DNA of 21,397 nt from Chiloscyllium plagiosum (Eukaryota), in assembly GCF_004010195.1 (NCBI RefSeq), contig NC_057718.1, positions 101,134,219-101,155,615 on the forward strand, in the 5' to 3' direction. The notes under the pieces are model-generated. The model ran no database searches. It saw only the letters and a list, made by a program, of their open reading frames with translations, and had not been told where the DNA came from. Both the position numbers and the translations under genes were made by a program. This document shows positions 10,637-19,309 of the stretch, piece by piece. The first letter of the stretch is position 1. Each line of letters starts with the position of its first letter.

Positions 10637-10830
10637 CTGGATTAGTGGTGCTGGAAAATCACAGCAGTTCAGGCAGCATCTGAGGAGCAGTAAAATCGAC
10701 ATTTCGGGCAAAAGCCCTTCATCAGGAATACAGGCAGAGAGCCTGAAGGGTGGAGAGATAAATGAGAGGAGGGTGGGGGTGGGGAAAAGTATCTGCATCT
10801 GCATCTGCATCTGCAGTCATTGTTTTTACC
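10637..10830. mobile_element. Short inverted PLE terminal insertion (third subfamily) inside CR1
   Basis: 10637-10790 is a minus-strand PLE 3' end (homologous to 9240-9390); it is joined to a plus-strand tail (atctgc)n-agtcattgtttttacc. Confidence 0.85.
10694..10729 (-). ncRNA. Minimal hammerhead-ribozyme-like motif (best-preserved copy)
   Basis: Minus strand: attc-CTGATGA-a-GGGC-tttt-GCCC-GAAA-t-GTC-gatt, with a perfect 4-bp stem II and tetraloop. Confidence 0.75.
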
Positions 10831-10947
10831 TCTCCAGTCTTCCAGCACCTCACCTGTGAGGTGGGGAAAAGTATCTGCATCTGCATCTGCATCTGCATCT
10901 GCAGTCATTGTTTTTACATCTCCAGTCTTCCAGCACCTCACCTGTGA
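10778..10947. repeat. Tandem duplication (82 + 88 bp) containing an (ATCTGC)4/(ATCTGC)5 microsatellite
   Basis: ggtggggaaaagt(atctgc)n-agtcattgtttttac.tctccagtcttccagcacctcacctgtga occurs at 10778-10859 and 10860-10947. Confidence 0.95.
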
Positions 10948-11459
10948 CTATCGATGATACAAATATCTCAGCAAGAGGCCCAGCAATCACTTCCCTAGCT
11001 TCCCACAGAGTTCTAGGGTACACCTGATCAGGCCCTGGGGATTTATCCACTTTTTATGCATTTCAAGACATTAAGCACTTTCTCCTCTGTAATATTGACT
11101 TTTTTTCAAGATGTCACCATCTGTTTCCCTCCATTCTGTATATTCTATGTCCTTTTTCACAGTAAACACTGATGCAAAATACTCGTTTAGTATCTCCCCC
11201 ATCTACTGTGACTCCACACAAAGACTGCCTGAGTTTATGAGCTGATAAGTTTGACTGAATAGGTTTACCTTGCCTGGGATGGTAAAGATAGTAGTAACAT
11301 TTTGAAAAAAATTATTTAATTAGCACGGCAGTTTGCTTTCTCACATGCACTGTCGTGGGCTGGTCCCAATTTTGTTTTTACCATCTTCACTTAGACACAC
11401 ACAGGACTTAAATTAGTACAAAGCTCATTTCAGATAAGCACTAGTGGTTGACCCTTGGA

Positions 11460-11562
11460 ATATAGTTAACTGACTGGATTTCTCCACAGAGAGAAATGGA
11501 CTCTATAAACTAAATGGCCTCTATAAACTAAATGGCCTTCTTCTGTGCCATTATAATTTCTA
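11460..11562 (+). mobile_element. Decayed CR1-type 3' tail with an 18-bp tandem duplication
   Basis: ctctataaactaaatggc is repeated at 11501-11518 and 11519-11536, within a gact..aatggccttcttctgtgc..ttctat tail-like sequence. Confidence 0.5.
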
Positions 11563-12047
11563 TACCTTTCCGAAGTGCCTGAAGTAATTTTTAGTTAAAA
11601 GAGGAAAAGCTAAAGTAGATCCTTCACACCGCTGTAAGAAAAGATTGTGAAATAGTGGATGCAGCAAAATCACTAAATAATTTATTCACTGACTTATTAT
11701 GCAGTTCACGAATCTGTGTATTCATTATGCTAAGTGGAAGGTCAGATTTGTGTGCAGAAGTGTTGGGAAGATTATGAATGCAGTATATGCTTCTTCCCTT
11801 GTTAGAATTGCCAAGAACAATTGAAGAAAATTGTTCTATGTCTTGAATTTCCCTGACCTTACTAGGATGGGTTATTGGTCTGCTTTTGTAAGCTAAGAGT
11901 TTAATGACATTTATTATTTTTTGACCACAGTCATCAATAAAATTGGTCTCATCGATTTGAAATAATCTGATGAGAAACATCATTTGCTGTTCTGGGAGGT
12001 TGATAACTTATATGTAAGATTTCGGTGTCAAACTGTGCCCCAGGTAA

Positions 12048-12960
12048 TCAGGAAGGCTCATGGAATATTGGCCTTTATTTCAAGGAGGTTGGATATAAGA
12101 GTCAGGAAGTCTTACTGCAACTGTACAAGGTGCTGGTGAGACCACATCTGGAGCACTGAGAGCAATTTAGGGCTCCTGATTTAAAAAAAAAACATTATCG
12201 TTGGAGGCAGATCAAAGAAAGTTTACAAGGATGATCTCCAAGTGGAGGGATTGTCTTATGAGCAAAGGTTAAATGGGTTGGGACTCAACTCACTGGAGTT
12301 GAGAAGAGCAAGAGATGACCTCATTGAAACATATCGGATTCCAACGTTTAATAGGCACCTGGATGGGTATATGAATATGTAGGGTTTACCTGTGGCCAGG
12401 AACGTGTCAAGATTGGATTCATTTCTGGCTGATTTAGTGATTCGCGCCAGAATGGATCTAGTTTATGACACATTTAAAGAATTTTTCTTGCAGTTTCTCC
12501 ACAGAAAAGATATAGGAGTCCACTATTGATCGGTAATAGGCACTGTCACCCTGACCCAGACAGTTTCAGTCTTACTTTTCAGATGCATTCAGCCAGATTC
12601 CTCACTCTGTGAAATTCACCTTTTGATTTCCTTCCTCAATAAGATTTTGGTTGTTATGTTGTACTCTCCAACTCACTGGGTCAATGCTAAGAGAATGCTT
12701 CCTATCATGGGAGAGTCTAGGACCAGAGGGCGTGGTCTTAGAATAAAGGGGAGGAGGAATTTATTCTCTGAGGGTTGTGAGTCTTTGGAACTCCTTGCCA
12801 TAGAGAGCTGTGGGGGCAGAGTCCTTGTGTATATTTAAGGGGTACAGGGAAAGGCCAGGACTGTGGACATGAGGAATGTTGCATCTGCTACAATTCTATT
12901 CAATAGTGGAGCAGTTCGAGGGGCCGAATGGCCTACTACTGTTCCTATTGCTTATGGTTT
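12048..12960 (+). mobile_element. Old CR1 LINE 3' portion interrupted at ~12341-12672
   Basis: Decayed LQLYKVLVRPHLEH..LEADQRKFTRMI..DDLIETYRI, resuming at VNAKRMLPIMGESRTRG and ending gaggggccgaatggcctactactgttcctatt. Confidence 0.85.
12384..12670 (+). repeat. Dispersed direct repeat, copy A (287 bp) of 13379-13679
   Basis: Shared blocks gtttacctgtggccaggaa, atttctggctgatttagtgatt, actattgatcggtaatag, cagattcctcactctgtgaaattcaccttttgatttcct. Confidence 0.95.
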
Positions 12961-13378
12961 TATTGCAAATAACTGAATGGAAACAATTGTTTAAGACAGT
13001 TTCTGAGCAGAACTGACAGAACAGAAACATTTCCTTGAGCCTATATGGACTTTTGTTGGTATTATGCTCCACATGAGGCTCCTTCAACTTTCAAGTGAAA
13101 CCCATCATTTGCCCATTGAAGCTTTCTGTTTTATTTCCAATAAACTGCCTCAAAATAGAAAGACTCTGCTATACTCAAAATGTCTACATGGAATATTGAG
13201 GGGTTTTACCACTTAATAAACATTTTTGTACCACACGCTCTCAAGATAGGATGGTTTTGATTAAATTTGCCAACTCTACCCTGGTAAAGAACATTGAACT
13301 TTTTGTGAAATATGCCACAAATATTTCACAGAGTAATTAGCCTGTCCAATTGAAATATCTTTGTTCCCACACAGTGGT

Positions 13379-13679
13379 GTTTACCTGTGGCCAGGAATGT
13401 GTCAAGACTGGATTAATTTCTGGCTGATTTAGTGATTTTAGCCTGAAAGGATCTAGTTTATAACACATTTACAGAATCCTTCTTGCAATTTCTCCCCAAA
13501 AAAGATTAGATTGTGATATTGAAGCCGACTATTGATCGGTAATAGTCACTGTCACCCTGACCCAGATAGTTTCGGGCTTTCATAGTCTATTATTTTTCAG
13601 ACACATTCAGCAGATTCCTCACTCTGTGAAATTCACCTTTTGATTTCCTAAGGTTTTGATTGTTATATTGTACACTCCA
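13379..13679 (+). repeat. Dispersed direct repeat, copy B (301 bp), probable donor
   Basis: Colinear with 12384-12670, with scattered substitutions and indels; lies in sequence that does not look like a known repeat. Confidence 0.95.
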
Positions 13680-13747
13680 TTTTAGTTCCTGCTCGCTCAT
13701 TGTCCTTTTACTTCTTGACGTGCACCTTGACCGAAAGTCTGAAACCA

Positions 13748-14922
13748 GGAGATAGTGAGGGGTGCAGATGCTGGAGATCAGCATCGAGAGTGTGGTGCTG
13801 GAAAAGCACAGCAGGTCAGGCAGCATCCGAGGAGCAGGAGAATCCATGTTTCGGGCAAAAGTCTTTAATCAGGAATGAGGCTTGTGGGTCAAGGGGGGCT
13901 GAGAGTTAATGGGAGAGGTGTGGGGCTTGAGGGGAAGGTAGCTGAGAGTGGGATAGGTGGATGAAGGTGGGGGCAAAGGTGATAGGTCAGAGAGGAGGGT
14001 GGAATGGATAGCTGGGAAAAGTGATGGACAGGTCAAGGGAGTGGTGCCGAGTTGGAGGCTTGGGACTGGAATAAGGTGGGGGAAAGAGGAAATGAGGAAA
14101 CTGCTGGAATCTACATTGATCCCGTGTGGTTGCAGGGTCCCAAGGTAGAATATGAAGCGTTCTTCCTCTAGGCGTCGGGTCATAAGGGGTTGACGATGGA
14201 GGAGGCCCAGGACCTGCATGTCCTTGGTGGAGTGGGAGGGGGAGTTGAAGTTTTCAGCCACGGGGCAATGGGGTTTGTTGGTGTGGGTGTCCTAGAGATG
14301 TTATCTGAAATGATCTGCAAGTTTACGTCCTGTCTCCCCAATGTAGAGGAGGCCACATCGGGTGCAATGGATACAGTAGATGACATTTGTGGAAGTACAG
14401 GTATATTTCTGTCGGGCCTTGGATGGAGGTGAGGACAGAGGTGTGGGCTCAGGTTTTGTACTTCCTATGGTGGCAGGGGAAAGTGCCAGGAGTGGGGTGT
14501 GGGCTGGTGGGGGGTGGGCATGGATCTGATGAGGGAGTTGCAGAGGGAATGGTCTCTCCTGAACATTGATAGCAGTGGGAAGGGAAGGGTGGTGGCGGAA
14601 GTGGTGGAGGATGATGTGATGCATACAGAGGTTGATGGGGTGGAAGGTGAGGACCTGGGGGTTCTATCCTTGTTGCATTGGGAGAGGTGGGATTCAAGGG
14701 CGGATGTGTGTGAAGTGGATGAGATGAGCTGGAGGGCATCGTCGACACATGGGAGGGGAAATTGCGATATTGGAAGAAGGAAGCCATCTGGGATTTACTA
14801 AGGTGGAATTGGTCCTCCTAGGAACAGATGCAGCAGAGTCGGAGGAATTGGGAATAAGAGATGGCATTTTTACAGAAGGCAGGGTAGGAGGAAGTGTAGT
14901 CCAGGTAGCTGTGGGAGCCGGG
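13748..14922 (-). mobile_element. PLE 3' portion (late RT, GIY-YIG, terminus with tail); left arm of an inverted pair
   Basis: Minus-strand VIYCIHCTRCGLLYIGETGRKLADHFR, DMQVLGLLH..RLEEERFIFYLGTLQPHGINVD; terminus ...ttccagcaccacactctcgatgctgatctccagcatctgcacccctcactatctcc. Confidence 0.9.
13841..13876 (-). ncRNA. Decayed hammerhead-like motif
   Basis: Minus strand attc-CTGATTA-aagac-tttt-gccc-GAAA-catg-gatt; core and stem II mutated. Confidence 0.45.
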
Positions 14923-14929
14923 TTTGAGT

Positions 14930-15740
14930 TATATATCCCTCCCCACCCCTATTAGCGTTCTGGCGAGACCATTCCCCCTGCAACTCCCTCGTCAGATGCA
15001 CGCCTCCCCAGCAGCCCAAACCCCACTCTCGGCACCTTCCCCTGCCATTGCAGGAAGTGCAAAACCTGACCTCACATCTCCCCCCTCACTTCCATCCAAG
15101 GCCCTAAAAGATCCTTGCACATCCGACAGAAATTTACCTGACTTCCACCAATATCATTTACTGTATCCATTGCACCTGGTGTGGTCTCCTCTCCATCAGG
15201 GAGACAGGACGCCTTCTTGCTGATCAATTCAGAGAACATCTCTGAAACACTCGCACTAACCAACCCCACCGCCCCACACTTCAACTCCGCCTCCCATTCC
15301 GTCAAGGACATGCAGATCTTGAGGCTTCTCCATCGCCAAACCCTTACCACCTGACGCCTGGAGGAAGAATGCCTCATATCCCATCTTGGGATCCTACAAC
15401 CACATGGGATTAATGTGGATTTCACCAGTTTCCTCATTTCCCTTCCAACTACCTTATCCAAGTCCGAAGCCTCCAACTCAACATCACCCTCTTGATCTGT
15501 ACATTATCCTTTTCATTTATCCACTCCACCCTCCTATCTTACCTATCACCTTTTCCCCAGCCTTTATCTATCTATTGCGTTCTCAGTTACCTTCCCCCCC
15601 CAGCCCCACCCCTCCTCCCATTTATCTCTCTGCCCCCGGCCACAAACTTCATTACTGAAGAAGGGCTTATGCCCAAAATGTCAAATCTCCTGCTCCTCGG
15701 ATGCTGCCTGACCTGCTGTGCTTTTCCAGCACCACACTCT
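14930..15740 (+). mobile_element. PLE 3' portion (linker, GIY-YIG, terminus without tail); right arm of the inverted pair
   Basis: Colinear with 8555-9390: ttcccctgccattgcaggaagtgcaaaacc, atcatttactgtatccattgc, ctggaggaagaatgcctcat; ends ttccagcaccacactct. Confidence 0.9.
15651..15686 (+). ncRNA. Decayed hammerhead-like motif
   Basis: CTGAAGA-a-GGGC-ttat-GCCC-AAAA-t-GTC; G12 lost (CpG-type G>A). Confidence 0.5.
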
Positions 15741-15871
15741 AAAGCCTAAAACCAACTTGCTTTTAAAAATTCCTGCTTTTTGTTGCAGCTCCCCCCAGCA
15801 GACTCGATTGCTCCTTTTTCCTTTCATCTCTTCCACATCCCTCAGCTTTTCCTATTCTGGCCTCTCGCGGA

Positions 15872-16321
15872 GAGTTTGATCTACAGGGAGAGGCTGAATA
15901 GGCTGGGGTTATTTTCTCTGGAGCATTGGAGTCCAAGGGGGTGACCTTATAGAGCTTTATAAAATCATGAGCGGCATGGATAGGGTAAATAGACAAGGTC
16001 TTTTCCTCAGGGTGGAGGAGTCCAAAACCAGAGGACATAGGTTTATGGTGAGAGGGGCAAAATCTAAAAGGGACCTAAGGGGCAACTTTTTCACACAGAG
16101 TGTGGTGTACGTATGGAATGAGCTGTCAGAGGAAGTGGTGGAGGCTGGTAAAATTCCAACATTTAAAAGGCATCTGGATGGGGACATGAACAGAAATGGT
16201 TTGTAGAGATATGGGCCAAAGACTGGCAAATGGGACATTTTAATTTTGGATATCTGGTCAGCATGGACAAGTTAGATCAAAAGGTCTGTTTCCGGCTGTA
16301 CAGCTTTATGACAATGTCTCT
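15872..16321 (+). mobile_element. 5'-truncated CR1 (HER1-type) LINE 3' end
   Basis: ORF 15967-16206 MDRVNRQGLFLRVEESKTRGHRFMVRG..DLRGNFFTQSVVYVWNELSEEVVEAG; tail matches 2280-2392. Confidence 0.9.
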
Positions 16322-16329
16322 AAAACCCA

Positions 16330-16449
16330 ATTGGCCGTTTAACTGAACATCTCCACATGTAACAGTGACAAATTTTGTTTGATAATACCTCCTGTGATGT
16401 ACCTTGGGGCATCACTCTGTTGAAGGTGCTATATGAATGTAAGTTGTTG
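16330..16449 (+). mobile_element. L2-type LINE 3' tail fragment
   Basis: aaattttgtttgataatacctcctgtga..ccttggg..aaggtgctatatgaatgtaagttgttg; related copy at 18600-18735. L2 assignment is from a recalled AAGGCGCTATATAAAT-type tail. Confidence 0.6.
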
Positions 16450-16941
16450 GCACCAATACACTCCTGGTATGATGCAAAGTGGGATTAACAGCAGCTAAGA
16501 CCCCTGTTATGTTTCCTGCTTATGAGTCACACTCTTGTCGCCCGAAGACCAAACACAGAGCTCTATTCCTGCGTGGTAAATTTTTAATGTTTTGCAAGTG
16601 CAGTCAAGACCATCTGTTTTCTCAAAGCGTTGGAAGTGGCTGAACTGGAAAGGTTCAACAATGCTCCGAGCAATTTCTCAACCTGTTTGACGCCACACGG
16701 CATCTCAGCTCCAGCCAGCATGAAGTCAAAGGTGCATCTCATTGAGGATCTCTCTTATCCCTTTGCATTTCAAAGCCAGTTGTGGACCTTGCTAAGGAAT
16801 TATACTGTCACTGCTCTGTCAGTGCCAGGCAGGAACATAGTGATGCAAATGGCAGCTGTGGAAATGCACTGTTCTCCAGGCGATAATATCACCAGGTTCA
16901 GTCTTTTCAGAAGCATCTTGCACAGCAGTCTGCTTTGAACT

Positions 16942-17016
16942 TAGAAACATAAAAACAAGAGTAGACCATTCAGCCCTTCAAACCTGTTCTACCATTCAAT
17001 GAGATCATGGCTGATA
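16942..17016 (-). mobile_element. CR1 3' tail fragment
   Basis: agagtagaccattcagcccttcaaacctgttctaccattcaatgagatcatggctgat is the reverse complement of the tail type at 12885-12950. Confidence 0.7.
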
Positions 17017-17049
17017 TGTGAAACATATGGAAACTGCATGTTAACCATT

Positions 17050-17238
17050 GGGACATGAACAGAAATGGTTTGTAGAGATATGGGCCAAAGACTGGCAAAT
17101 GGACATTTTAATTTAGGATATCTGGTTGGCATGGACAAGTTAGATCAAAAGGTCTGTTTCCGTGCTGTACAGCTTTATGACAATGACTCTAAAGCCCAAT
17201 TGGCCATTTAACTGAACACCTCCATATGTGACAGTGAC
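17050..17238 (+). repeat. 189-bp local duplicate of 16181-16369 (CR1 tail plus flank)
   Basis: Shares gggacatgaacagaaatggtttgtagagatatgggccaaagactggcaaatgg, catggacaagttagatcaaaaggtctgtttcc and the flank cccaattggcc.tttaactgaaca. Confidence 0.95.
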
Positions 17239-17429
17239 TGGCTTTGTAACTCGGTTATTTTACAAAGGCATCTGTTTGTCCAAAGTATTCATGTTTGTTT
17301 TAAATATCTTCATTGTTTGGAATTTCAGGATGGCAACTTTTCTAATCCTTCTGTATGTTGCTTATCCAGCTCCTCAATGGAGAAAAATTCTACCTTTTAA
17401 AAAATATTTCAAATGGAATAATAAATCCA

Positions 17430-17521
17430 GTTTCTGACTTCATAGGTACCACCAATTCTGCTGAAGGTGTCCAGTATTTTCTGTTTTTATTTCAGATCTC
17501 TAACATCCACAGTATTTTGCT
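17430..17521 (+). mobile_element. Old PLE terminus with tail (second family)
   Basis: ctgctgaaggtgtccagtattttctgtttttatttcagatctctaacatccacagtattttgct extends the motif seen at 4366-4400. Confidence 0.55.
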
Positions 17522-17710
17522 CCCCATGCTCAGTGACTTACTCCACCAACACCTTGCTTTTAAAATATTCCCTCTCCAGCAAACTCCTTCTCTGTCTGTG
17601 TAACTTCCTCCAGCCCTACAACCTTCTGAAATCGCTGCATTTCTTCAATTCTGACTTCTTGTATCCTGATTTCTCTGAGCTACCTTGATCTAAAGTTCTG
17701 GAATTCCCTG
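17522..17710 (+). mobile_element. L2-type LINE fragment
   Basis: tgtaacttcctccagccctacaacc..caattctg..ctaaagttctggaattccct resembles a recalled chondrichthyan L2 ORF2 end (..LWNSL). Confidence 0.5.
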
Positions 17711-17785
17711 TCCTTATTCAAGAAGTTCCAGACATCAACTTTCTCTCCTCAAACACCTCCCACCGTACCTGGATCGTAGCTGTGT

Positions 17786-18062
17786 CACCTCCCCCTCCTG
17801 CTCCGCTAAGGACATGCAAGTCCTGGGCCTCCTCAACCGACAAATCCTAGCCACCCAACACTTGGAGGAAGAATGCCTCATCTTCCGCCTTGGGATCCTC
17901 CAACCACACGGCATCAATGTAGACTTCACCAGTCTCCTCATCTCCTCCACCCCCCCCGCCTCATTCCAGATGCAACCCTCCAAATCGGCACCACCCTCTT
18001 GAACTGTCGCTGATGCCTGAAACATCAACTCTCCTGCTCCTTCGATGCTGCCTGACTCTCCT
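17786..18062 (+). mobile_element. PLE 3' fragment (end of GIY-YIG plus deleted terminus)
   Basis: MQVLGLLNRQILATQHLEEECLIFRLGILQPHGINVDFTS; then ctgatgcctgaaacatcaactctcctgctccttcgatgctgcctgac. Confidence 0.88.
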
Positions 18063-18127
18063 GGCTATGTCGGTCTTTTTTGAAGAACGCGTTGGACGTT
18101 CCTTGTCCTGAACATACTCAGCCCAGA

Positions 18128-18193
18128 AGCATTTTCAGTTTTTATTTCAGATCTCGAACATCCACAGTATTTGGCTCCCCACATTCAGTGACT
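18128..18193 (+). repeat. 66-bp local duplicate of 17473-17538 (PLE tail/L2 junction)
   Basis: ag.attttc.gtttttatttcagatctc.aacatccacagtattt.gctcccca...tcagtgact in both copies. Confidence 0.85.
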
Positions 18194-18284
18194 CTTGCTT
18201 CCAAATTTTCACCCTTTCCTTACTGTCCCATGGTCCGTATCTGACTCTTCCCTCCCTACTTTGACCTCTTTGTTGGAGTTAGAC

Positions 18285-18560
18285 TATCTATTAATATTCA
18301 TTACGAGATGCCAACTCCCAAAGCTGCTTCGACTGTACTTCCACACACCCTGCTTTCGATGAGAAATCTAAATCCCTTCTCCCAGCTACTCCGTCAGTTC
18401 TGTCCTGATGACGCAACCTTCTACAACGGCCGTGTCTGATATCTCTTCCATGTTCTTCAACCAAAGCCCATCAACTATGTCTGACCCATTTCCTGGATGT
18501 CTGCTGTCTCCCCTTCCCCTCCTTCCCAGAACCACAGTAGAATTTCCTTGGCCTCCCTTT
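18285..18560 (+). mobile_element. Very old PLE RT thumb-region fragment
   Basis: ccaactcccaaagctgcttcgactgtacttccacacaccctgct..atcccttctcccag aligns with ccgactcccacagctgcctggattacatctcgtcccaccctacc..atcccttattcccaa (8202-8275). Confidence 0.65.
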
Positions 18561-18599
18561 GTAGCCTCCATGTTCACAGGATAAATGCAAGTCATTGTG

Positions 18600-18735
18600 G
18601 TGAAAAACTACTTTTGGTCATCTATCATAACAGCTCCAAACGTGGCTTGGTGTCATATTTTGTTTGGTAACTCTAATATAAAGTGCTTCCAAATGATTTA
18701 CTGTATTAATCCTAGTGTATAAAATAAAGTTGTTC
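18600..18735 (+). mobile_element. Decayed L2-type 3' end
   Basis: cttttggtcatct..gtggcttggtgtcatattttgtttggtaactc..taaagttgtt; homologous to 16330-16449. Confidence 0.5.
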
Positions 18736-18904
18736 TTTGTCTAATATTTCTTCCACTTTGCATCGGAGTTGGCTGTTTTCTTCGACCAATCCAATAAAAT
18801 GACAATAGTATTGATGACAGCCTTACATTTTGAGCCCTTGTGTTACTGAAAAGCCAATATCACTGTTTATTGCCCACTTTAAGAATTCAATAGGACAAGG
18901 TTGT

Positions 18905-18985
18905 ATAAAGTGGGAATTGGACATTGCCAGTGAGACCAGCATTTATTGCCCATCCCTAACTGCCCTTGAGAAGGTGACAGTGAGC
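18905..18985 (-). mobile_element. 3' tail of the LINE family at 4855-5725
   Basis: ccagcatttattgcccatccctaactgcccttgagaaggtgacagtgagct matches 4883-4930. Confidence 0.7.
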
Positions 18986-19309
18986 TCAAACAAGGGATAT
19001 GCAAACAGATACTTCATTCCTTTTGTTTTAAAGCCAGATAAAGCTCATTCGTTCAGAGTTGATAAAGGATTATTTTTCAATGGGAGTGATGGGAATAGTG
19101 GAAAAGCTGTTTTTCAACCCAGCATTGTTGGTGTGCTCCGTTATGTTTGTAATCATTCTCAAACTTATTGATGGGTGTTTTGTGAACGTGAGTAGATGTG
19201 AAAGTTTGTAATTGTTTCAAAAACTCAATGGTTAAAAGTTGACAATTCACTCCCTTGCACAAGACTTTGTTCATTGACTGTGGGGTTTTTATGGGGAGGC
19301 TGTATTATT

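Larger units (their letters stand above)
7443..11230 (-). mobile_element. 5'-truncated CR1 (HER1-type) LINE, ORF2 RT region decayed, split by two PLE insertions
   Basis: Colinear minus-strand ORF pieces: DKSPGPDQVYPRTLWEA, KPGNYRPVSLTSVVG, YMDFSKAFNKVPH, VTSGVPQGSVLGP..YINDLD..KFGDDTK, MEFNLDKCEVLHFGK, RPLLEYCMQFWSP. The 3' tip lies at 7443-7521 and the body resumes at 9391. Confidence 0.92.

Noticed and set aside
10669..11050. ORFs with DADADA, CRCRCR, SASASA or ICICIC repeats
   Set aside because: These are translations of the (ATCTGC)n microsatellite at a repeat junction.
11624..11983. 119-aa ORF in unique AT-rich sequence
   Set aside because: No recognisable homology or convincing splice sites; the length is compatible with chance.
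3759..13376. CACAGTG heptamers (~3759, ~4069, ~13370) as V(D)J recombination signals
   Set aside because: No ACAAAAACC-like nonamer at 12 or 23 bp and no V, D or J coding segments.
14494..14518. G-quadruplex motif ggggtgtgggctggtggggggtggg
   Set aside because: A by-product of the C-rich PLE sense strand; nothing indicates a locus-specific function.
16628..16731. Possible exon (ttttctcaaag acceptor, aag/gtgcat donor; LEVAELERFNNAPSNF...)
   Set aside because: Weak donor, unrecognised peptide, no partner exons; needs RNA-seq or TBLASTN support.
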